Assembly (NCBI RefSeq): GCF_009914755.1
Contig: NC_060938.1
Length of the DNA stretch: 64,000 nucleotides
Reading direction: 5' to 3' (one strand)
Source of the DNA: the human T2T-CHM13v2.0 reference genome, Homo sapiens
Positions 43,510 through 64,000 of this stretch are shown piece after piece. A program made the translations under genes and the position numbers. The notes beneath the pieces are model-generated. The model searched no databases. It worked only from the letters and a program-made list of their open reading frames with translations, and had not been told where the DNA came from. Numbering within the stretch: the stretch's first letter is position 1; the number at the start of each line of letters is the position of its first letter.

Positions 43510-44651
43510 AAATCATATAGTTTAATTGGCACATGCCTTTTTCTTGGAAAGATCTTTGAGAATGTATTCAAGCAAAACAAAAGAGGACAATAAAGACGAC
43601 GTCAGTAGATCCAACTAGGGAGAACAAAGAAAATTAGAAAGTTTGAGGGGGTCACCTGTGTAGCTGGTATAGAGAACTACCAAGCCAAACTGGAGAAAGG
43701 ATACTGATTCTCAGAAGTCTTGGCAGTTAAAAAACAAAAACAAAAAAAGGTAAGGGGGAGGCTCTGTGATAGACACACTATGGTATATTCTTCAACAAGA
43801 ATTAACTAAATCCACTAGAAAACTCCAGATAATAGAAAAATTGGCACAAGTAATGCAATACATTGTTACATGATTCTAAGCAATCAACAAAATATAAAAA
43901 ACGAGAATCTGTCTGACCTGCATGCTAATAACATTCTCCTCTAAGACCCAAGGAAAGTGACAATGGACTGTGCTTTTCATAAAGAACTGTCTTCTACTAT
44001 TTATCTCCTGCAATATTAATTCGCTAAAGATTGAAGAAAAATTAAGACTTATGTATTAAATACAGGATAGCACTATCCACAGCAAGAGAAAGAGCGAGCG
44101 AGGACAACATTAAAGGTACAATTATCAGAATAACCCTGAAAGGTAGTTAACTATTATCGCTCTCATACAGATGAGGTCAATTAACTGCTCACATTAGCAT
44201 ATCTAAAAGGTGGTGAAGCTGGGATCCCAAGCAAGGCAGCCCTGGCTCCACACACACCTAAATTTTGTTTGGCTGAGTGGCGTTTCCTCCAGCTTGAAAG
44301 TCCAGAATGCGTTAATCTTGCTTGACTAGAGGTTCTCAACCGGGCGTTTTTAGTTGCCATGGGACCTGGGAAGAGCTACGGGAATTTAATGTCGGAGCTA
44401 GTGAAGAACAGTTTCACCCCAAAGGTCAATTACGCCCCGGTGGTGAAACGCTGACTATTACAGAGGTCAGGGCAAACATATGGACTCTTCTAAAGGCTCG
44501 CATTATCAGCTTCGGGAAGGGCAGGTAACACGGTCCTAAAGGAGCCTGCCTCTGACTTGCTCCCGCTCGCAGCCCCCGGTCCTCAGACCCTTCTAGACCT
44601 TCAACGGAAGCGGGCCAGTGTTCTCCGTCCAGCTCTCCAGCACCCACCTAC

Positions 44652-44780
44652 CTGAGCCACCTTCTAGCGTGAAACCTCAACCAAACAAAAAGTAAAGAAC
44701 ACTCGGTCTGGACGACCACCGCCGACTCCGAAGCAGGAACCCTCACAACCCGAGCCTCCACGAAATTCAAACTTGCCGCA
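44652..44780 (-). other. DLGAP5: DLGAP5 exon 1 (non-coding 5'UTR); TSS approximate
   Basis: Donor CAG|GTAGGT at 44652/44651, directly downstream of the CDE/CHR promoter. No ATG in the exon. Confidence 0.8.
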
Positions 44781-44781
44781 C
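44766..44781 (-). promoter_or_regulatory. CDE/CHR tandem element (DREAM/MMB-FOXM1 site)
   Basis: Minus strand GTGCGG-caag-TTTGAA: canonical CHR with a CDE-like element 4 nt upstream, at the presumed TSS. Confidence 0.85.
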
Positions 44782-44791
44782 CGAGCCGCTG

Positions 44792-44861
44792 ATTGGAGGG
44801 GCTTTAACCAACACTTCCGGGGAAGATCCCACCCCTTCCACTCAACGAGGCTTGCGATTGG
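44792..44861 (-). promoter_or_regulatory. Two CCAAT boxes (NF-Y)
   Basis: ATTGG on the + strand at 44792-44796 and 44857-44861; both read CCAATC on the minus strand. Confidence 0.8.
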
Positions 44862-45085
44862 TTTGCTCCGTGCGATATTTGAATTGATTGAAAGGTGAAG
44901 GGCCAGTTCAAAAGATGGGTGAGAGAGGGAAAATAGGCGGGACCGCGACGCGGGATGAGAAGGAGTGGAGCAGTCGGGGCGCTCACGTCAGGTGAAGGGC
45001 GGGAGTGGGCGGTGGAGCCCGAGGGGTGAGGCTGGGTCCCTGGCAAAGCTGGGCTGCGGGAAATCTCCCCCAGAGCTCGCAAGGC

Positions 45086-46840
<1,755 letters not shown>

Positions 46841-46844
46841 ACTA

Positions 46845-49265
46845 TTCTGCTATTAAGAAACTCTGATGCATTCTTCAGCATGTCAATTATATTTTTTGAC
46901 CCTAGAATTTCTGCTTCTTTTAAATTATTTCAGCTTCTTTGTTAAATTTATCTGATAGAATTCTGAATTCCTTCTCTGTGTTATGTTGATTTTCTTTGAG
47001 ATTCCTCAAAACAGCTGCTTTGAATTCTCTGCCTGAAAGTTCCTATATCTATGTTTCTCCAGGATTGGTCCCTGGTTCCTTATTTAGTTCATTTCATGAG
47101 ATCATGTTTCCTGGATGGTGTTAATGCTTGTAGATGTTCATTGGTGTGTGGGCATTGAAAAATTAAGTATTTATTGTAGTCTTCACAATCTGGGCTTGTT
47201 TTTGGCTGTCCTTCTTGGGAAGGCTTTCAGGGTGTTTGAAGGGACTTGTGCCCCAAGCCTAATAATGCTGTGGTTTTTTCAGACTTGTAGAGGTACCACC
47301 TTGATAGTCTTGGCAAAGATCTGGAAGAATTCTCTGAATTACAGGCAGAGACTCTTGTTCTTTTCACTCACTTGCTCCGAAATAAATGGAATGTCTCTCT
47401 CTGCTGAGCCAGCTGGAACTGAGGGTGGTGGCTCACTGTGGCCACCACCACTGGGACTGTGCTGGATCAGACCTTAAGCCAGCACCTATCATGGCAGTGA
47501 GTTCCCCTAGGCCCCGGCTGTTCCCAGAGCTGGGCTGTCTGGGAGCCAGGGATTGGAGTCAGAAATCTTAGCAATTTACCTGAAGTTCTTTTTATTATTA
47601 TTATTATTATTTTTTTAAGGTGGAGTCTCTGCCGCCCAGGCTGGAGTACAATGGCGCAATCTCAGCTCACTACAACCTCTGCCTCCCAGATTCAAGTGAT
47701 TCTCCAGCCTCAGTCTCCTGAGTAGCTGGGATTACAGGCGTCCGCCACCACACCCGGCTAATTTTTGTATTTTTATTAGAGACAGGGTTTCACTATGTTG
47801 GCCAGGCTGGTCTTGAACTCCTGACCTGGTGATCCACCCACCTCGGCCTCCCATAGTGCTGGGATTACAGGTGTGAGCCACTGCGCCTGGCCTACCTGAT
47901 GTTCTATTCTACTGTAGCTAACCTGGCATTCAAACCATAATACAAGCCCTTTCAACTCTTCCCTTCCCTTTCCACAGGCAGAGGAGCCTCTCCTATAGCC
48001 ACCACCACCACCTGTTCATGGGGGTTTCTGCCAGGCCACGGCTGATGATCACATAAAGCTCAAGCATTCTTCTGTCAGCTTGCGGTGAATGCTGCCAGGC
48101 CTAGAACTCACCCTTCAGGGCAGTGGGCTCCCCTCTGGCCCAGGGCAGATCCAGAAATGCTGTCAAGAGCCTAAGCCTGGACTCGAGGACTCCCCCAAGA
48201 ACCCTCTTGGTGCTCTACCCCTCTGTGGCTGAACTGGTACCTAAGGTGCAAGACAAAGCCTCCTTTATGTTTCCCTCTGCTTTTCTCAAATAGAAGGAGT
48301 CTTCCATTGTAGCCACCACAGCTGGGAATGTGCTGGGTCACCCCTGAAGCCAGCATATCTCAGAGCCCAAGGCCCACAGCATACTCGCTGGTATTGCTGC
48401 TATTCAGGGCCCAAGGACTGATGAATCCTGCCAGGACTGAGTCCTTCCTTTCAAGGCAGTAGGTTCCCTTTTGGCCCAAGGTGTGTCTAGAAATGTTGTC
48501 TAGGAGCTAGGGCCTGGGATGGGAGCCTCATCACCCTGCTCAATGTCCTATCGTACTGTGGCTGAGCTGGTATCCCAGATACAAGACAAAGTCCTCTTTA
48601 CTCTTTGCTCTCCTCTACTTAAGCAGAAGGAAAGAGTCACTTTGTTGCAGAGAGCTGCACTGCCTGGGGTTTGGGGAGGTATGGCACAAGGTGTGCCAGC
48701 TGGTGTCACTCTAGGTCACTTACCATGCTAGTTCACTGGCTGTAAGGCAAGCCTAGCATTAGGAATTGCCTAGGACTTGCAGTCCTTGTGTTCAGACTGC
48801 CTTTCAGGTTTACCTAGGACCCCAGAGCACTTCAGCCTGCTGTGGTGTGCCTTGCTGAGAAGCTCAAGTTCCAATTGCTAGGCTATTGCCCTCTGGCTAG
48901 GGATGGTCCAAATCCTCCCTCCATGCGTGGGTGCTGGCTGAACCCAGCACAGCTTTAACTCTGCTGTGACAAGGCAGCACTGAATATAATGTGAAGTCCA
49001 TCAGTCACTGCGCTCTCCCTCCCCAAAGTGCACAGATTCTCTCTCCATACCACATGGCCACTGGTGGAGGATGCGGGAGGGGTGGTGTCAGCAATTCAAG
49101 ACTATTTCTCTTGCCTTCCTCAATGCCTCTTTTGGAAATTTGAAGTCAAAACCAGGTACCATGATTGTTCACCTGATTTTTGGTTCTGTGTGCAGATAGT
49201 CATTAAAATTTGATGTTCCAGTAAGAGATGAATGGTGTGGGCTTCTATTTCGCCATCTTGCTTCC
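46845..49265 (-). mobile_element. L1 5'UTR/ORF1 fragment (L1PB/L1MA-type) interrupted by an Alu at 47590-47892
   Basis: ctctgatgcattcttcagcatgtca...gatagaattctgaattcc...aggccacggctgatg...ttctatttcgccatcttg. Confidence 0.8.
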
Positions 49266-50129
49266 TTTCCCCTCATTACTTATTTATTTAATCATTTGCC
49301 TATATCAGGATGGATTCTTAGAATATTTATTTTATACTTTGGGTTATACTCCCATACTACTTTATTTTATTGCTCAAATTGTTCCAGCTATAGCCATTGG
49401 CAGCTCTTTCAGTTTGTTCCTCTATCACTTTGACATATTCCCATCATTGTATAGTTTTTTTTTGTTTCTGTTTATTTGTTTTAGCACTTCCTTACTCTTT
49501 GATACCACAAGATGCTCATAACTCATCTTATATGTTTTCCTGCCACAGTACTAAAATCAGCATTTTTCCAAGTAGCATTAATTTGTATTTATTTACTTAC
49601 TTGTGTTTTTTAAATCAGAGAACCTGTGAAACTTAGATAAGTGGTTAAATCATTTAAATCATTCTGTGGAGCTTAATTCAACATGGCATTGAGCCCTACT
49701 ACGTACCAAGTGCTGTATTTAAGCACAATTGAAGAAGATACAGTTCCTGCCCTCAAATAGTTCTAATGGTGAAGTTGAAAGCAATTTTTTTGTTTCAAGT
49801 CCAGAGGAGCCATGATAACCCCATTCACTGTTAATCAACTCTGTTACCTGAGCAGTCGCTTGATCAGCCAACTAGCAACTGCTTATTGAATGCCTAATAT
49901 TAATGACAAACATAAAATTAGTGACATTTTAATGAACACTGATAACCTCTGAACGATGTACAATTTTCAGTCTTTCAAATCTTAGTCTTTTATATTGTAT
50001 ACTAAACATTTTAAAAATGAGTACAGTTTCACTAGGATGCCAGCAAATTGTATCCTCCATAAAAATCACCAAATAATTATTCCCAGAAAAGGATTCTGCT
50101 GCTATCTGGAACAATGGCAGTATTCATGA

Positions 50130-51728
<1,599 letters not shown>

Positions 51729-52383
51729 TAAAAATTCTCTCACAATACTGAAGCAAGTATCAGTGTATACCTTGGAAAACATACTGATTTAAATTATTTA
51801 CCCATTGATTCATAATTAGTTAATGGCAGAACTGAATCATGAATATGGGTACACTTTTCCCTTTGTTAGATCATCATTGGGCACAAGCATGTTTTGTCTC
51901 TGGAACTGGGCACACGGAACCCTATTTTAAAGTATCGATGCAGGCAGGAGCATTGTCTGTAGTCTGCCAAAGTTCTTTACTGTTAACTTGAGGAACCTTG
52001 TAATTTTTGTATCAGGAAACTTGTAATGTATCTTACTTGTCATGGCATCTGGTTTCAGGGAAGAGCTCTGAAAAACTATAATTCCTTTGTGCCATTATGT
52101 ATGTACTTGGAAGTCGTAGAAGATTATATGCTTGTTTCGCAATGATGATACAATCCCTTGACAGGGGAGTGGACAGGGCTGGACAGCAGCCCTGAGCTTC
52201 AAGCTGAAAAGAAAAAATGAAATATAATAAAATTGAGAGTTCATGTAATGTGGCAGAGAATTTATGGCTACAAAAAAGGTAAGGTAGGAGAAAGAGAACT
52301 AAAGATAGTATGGACCTGCAAAGTCTGGTTTTTAGACATCAAGGGCAGTTGATGAGAAAACTTGTTCTCTCAAATCACAGACC

Positions 52384-53585
52384 TGAGCCATCCAACATGG
52401 TTGCCACCAGCCACATAGCTATTGAGCACCTGAATTGTGCCTAGAGTGACTGAGGAACTGAATTTTACATTTTACTTTCAGTACAGTTGACCTTGAACCA
52501 CACGAAGATGAGGTGTGTTTCAGGCAGTAGAAAATTCGAGTATAACTAGTGACTTCCCTAAAACTTAACTACTAATAGCCTACTGTTGACCAGAAGCCTT
52601 ACTGATAAACAGTGAATTGACACATATTTCCTATGTTTTATTTGTTTACTTATTTATTTATTTTAAAGACAGAGTCTCGCTCCATAGCCCAGGCTGCAAT
52701 GCAGTGATGTGATCATAGCTTGCTGCAGCCTTAATCTCCTGGGCTCAACCGATCATGCTGCCTTAGCCTCCCCTGTTACAGGTATTATTTGCTATATTCT
52801 TGCAGTTAAGTAAGCTAGAGAAAGAAAATGTTATTAAGAAAATATGTTTACTATTCATTAAGTGAAAGTGGGTCATCGTAAAGATCTTCATCCTTTTCAT
52901 CTTCACATTGAGTAGGCTGAAGAGGAGGGATTGGTCTTGCTGTCCAGAGGTGCCAAAGCAGAAGACAATCCATGTATAAGGGGATGGGGCAGTTCAAACC
53001 CATGTTATTTGAGGGTCAGCTGTCATTTAAATTTAAATATAAAACTGGTATGTGTTTTAAATTCAGTTATTGGAAAACTCTTGAATATGTTGGAACAACT
53101 GGAGTATGTAAATCTACCTTTCCAACTGTAAATTCACTTTTTCAACTGCAAATTTTCTAAATACAAAGCAAGTATTTCCAATGAAAATCTAAAGCCCAAA
53201 TTGATATCTGCTATACTGGATTTATTTTTTTTTTCTTTTTCTTTTTTTCTTTTTTTAGAGACAAGGTCATACTATGTTGCGCAGGCTGGTCTCGAACTCC
53301 TAGCCTTGATCCTCCTGCTTCAGCTTCCCAAAGTGCTGGGATTACAAGCATGAGCCACTGTGCCCAGCTGTATACTGGATATCTGAGACTTGGTACCAAA
53401 AAAAAAAATAATTAAGAAAGTAAGTTAATATTTTCATATTGATTTCATGTTGAATATTGGGAATATATTGAGTTAAAATGTATTACTAAAATTAATTTCA
53501 CCTGTTTCTATTTACTTTTTAATGTGTCTATTAGAAACATTTAAATTACGTGGATGGTTCACATTACATTTCCATTGGAAAACAT
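52384..53585 (+). mobile_element. Charlie1-family (MER3/MER33-like) element with nested Tigger2a (52483-53022) and Alu monomers
   Basis: ccagccacatagctattgagcacctga start and aaaattaatttcacctgtttc near the end; cagttgaccttgaac...tttgagggtcagctg Tigger2 TIRs. Confidence 0.75.
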
Positions 53586-54236
53586 CATAATTTATGAGAA
53601 ACTTTGCTGTTTGAAATTTTATCAATGAGAATGAAATATCTCACTCCTACTTGAAAGATCTGAGCCATATGGGTCACTTTGACATAGGAGAGTTGCCTCA
53701 ATTTCCAACCCAGAGCTTCAGATAAAAGGTTTTTAAACTGTAATTTCCAAGGAAACAGGCAATCAGGCTAGCATGTTCCTAACAGAACCTAAAAAAAAAA
53801 ATGTTTCTAATGAGAGGAGGCCAAGGCCATGTAAAGAATGTTTCTTCTTGGGCTATACAGCCCCTCTCCTTTTGAGTGATTACTGCTCTTTTACCAGTGA
53901 CATCCCCAGTTCTGCTTTGTTCCTGTCAGCTCCAGAACAAAGATTATTGAGAACTCTCAATTGCTAAACTGCCCCTGCTTCATGACAGCACCATTCCAGA
54001 GCTGACCCCTACTTCTCCCCGTCCCTCGTCAGAATCATTCGGCACAAGCCCAAACCCCATGATAAGCCTCTCCCAAGTCTCTCTTGCCCAGAAACCCCAG
54101 GACAGCAAATAAACAAACCAAACATTAACTACAAGTGTGTTCCTGGTGGTCTTCATCTGATGGGTTCTATCTGTAAACATACTGAAATGGAGTAAAATTG
54201 GTACTTGTCTTAAAATCTTGAAGTTGGAGCCAAAAG

Positions 54237-55166
<930 letters not shown>

Positions 55167-55662
55167 TCATTCATTCAAGAAATACTGATAACATAAAGGT
55201 TGAGAGTGGAGTTTTAGTTTGTCCACCCTGAGCTATAGTCGTGGAGCTGCTCAAATCTTGTTCTCAAACTTCATCTGTAAGGTGGAGATCATATCAACAT
55301 CTACTTTATCAGATTGTTGTGAAAATTAGTGTGGAGAGGGTGTGGGCTTGGGCCCCACAGACTGGTTCAAATACCAATCTTGCCACGTTTTAATCTATGT
55401 GGCCTTGGGCAGGTGACTTAATCTTTCCTGAGCTTTGGTTTCCTCATCTGGAAAATAAAGATTTTCAACAACAACAATAACAACAATGTCCTTGAATTAT
55501 TACCAGTAGAAACTCTACGTTGTTTTGTGAGTTAACAGGAGAGTAGAAAGAGAAAAAAAAAGAAGAAAGAAAGAAAGAAAAAGAAAAGAAACTATATGCA
55601 TTTTAATTAAAATGTTGAAAAATAAAGAGCAAGAAGTTTTGCTGTCAACAATTAGTAAGAAT

Positions 55663-59065
<3,403 letters not shown>

Positions 59066-59239
59066 GAGTGACAAAATAATATATATGTTGCTTTGTCACT
59101 AGTTATTTTTTGTTACTGTTTCCTTCTAGTTATTTTCCAAGTGTTTCTTCTTGGGTAAATTACTTGTTCATCTGTATAAAGTTAAGGATTTATTTAAAAT
59201 GTGAACATTTTAGCAGATGCTTACATTATGGAAAGGAAT

Positions 59240-59720
59240 TTAATAGTAAATTTTAAAATTGTAAAATTAAGACAAATCAGACCTTTAAAGAGTTACAGTC
59301 AGTTTTATTCAGAAGTCTCACTGAGGATTATAACCCGGGAGAGTTTCCTAGAGAATGTCTGTCATACTACTCCAATGCAGCACTTCAGTTCAGTTTTTAT
59401 ACAAGCAGTAAAAATACAGTGTAAAAAAAATTGCAGTAAAGCTTGAATGCAAGAGTACCTTTGGTTCCAGTTTGCAGGGGCATAATCTTGCAACACCTTG
59501 GCAGGCTTTGTCTTATGTGTCAGAAAAGGCAAGGACCAAGGTCATTTATCTTTTAAGGAGTGTAGTATCTCAGGCAAGAGACTGGGGAGCTATGTGCTGT
59601 ATCCCATTTATCATCTTTAAGGCATTCTTTGGAGAGCTGCATTTTTAACAGAGTCAGGGTGACTGCAAAATTATGCTGGCAAGCAAACATGGCTTCTTAT
59701 GTTTGCTACTCTGTTTCACG
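59240..59720 (-). mobile_element. ERV1 solo LTR (LTR54/LTR56-like)
   Basis: Minus strand begins gtgaaacagagtagcaaacataagaagccatg...cttgccagcataattt and contains AATAAA near its 3' end. Confidence 0.65.
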
Positions 59721-60124
59721 AAAGCCAAGATCTACTGCCCGTGGGCATATTTTAACATGAAATGTTTATTAACTATATCTTATAAATATTTATGAGGTAG
59801 TGTGTTGAAAAGGAGGTAGTGTTATTTATTTTTAATTAAACTAACTGTTGTTAGAAAAGTATTACATTTGCATAATATCAAGATAAGGATAAAAAACTTG
59901 AAGTGAAAAATAAAATCTCCCTCCTCTGCTCAACTATCTCCTCCCCAATCCTTAATTCACTTCCCAGAAATCACCCCTGCTAAGTTTCTGCTTTTAGTTT
60001 AACCATACTTACCTACTTCAAGATTTATCAAGTTTACGCAAAATCTATTGATTTTCTACTATGAAAGATTAAGAATTTATCATGACCTACCTACCCCTCC
60101 ACCTCTGGGCTTATTTGTAGTTTA

Positions 60125-63715
<3,591 letters not shown>

Positions 63716-63720
63716 TTATT

Positions 63721-64000
63721 TATATGTATATATATATATAATGAATATATATATATATATAATGAATATATATATATAATGAATATATATATAATGAATA
63801 TATATAATGAATATATATATAATGAATATATATAATGAATATATATATAATGAATATATATAATGAATATATATATAATGAATATATATAATGAATATAT
63901 ATATAATGAATATATATAATGAATATATATATAATGAATATATATATAATGAATATATATATAATGAATATATATAATGAATATATATAATATATATATA
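63721..64000. repeat. AT-rich minisatellite [ATGAA(TA)n], runs off the window end
   Basis: About 17 units of atgaa separated by variable TA runs. Confidence 0.97.

Noticed and set aside
47115-49521. Cluster of + strand ORFs upstream of DLGAP5
   Set aside because: They lie antisense within a decayed L1 5'UTR/ORF1 fragment and show no consistent splicing or coding signature.

Overview
Primate (almost certainly human) genomic DNA containing the complete DLGAP5 gene (HURP, mitotic spindle/K-fibre microtubule-associated protein) on the minus strand, about 1.3-44.8 kb. I traced one non-coding first exon and 18 coding exons by hand. All have GT-AG boundaries and consistent phases, and they join into a 2541-nt ORF (846 aa + stop, MSSSHFASRH...PLQPGEF). 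The CpG-island promoter (~44.3-45.2 kb) has a CCAAT-CDE/CHR G2/M architecture. The remaining ~19 kb (45-64 kb) is repeat-rich upstream intergenic DNA in which I see no gene. The window is very Alu-dense (roughly 60 copies or fragments). It also holds L1/L2 fragments, a MER11 solo LTR, other LTRs, hAT and Tigger DNA-transposon fossils, and two minisatellites. I did not find a convincing new biological system. The best second-look items are: an Alu-derived cassette exon giving an 842-aa isoform with a different C-terminus; a perfect 36-bp inverted repeat in intron 15; a copy of the 5' end of intron 10 inserted inside an Alu; a close inverted AluY pair bracketing exon 8; and repeated R-x-T-R-S motifs in the protein. 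Repeat family names come from recalled consensus sequences, not a database search, and repeat boundaries are approximate.
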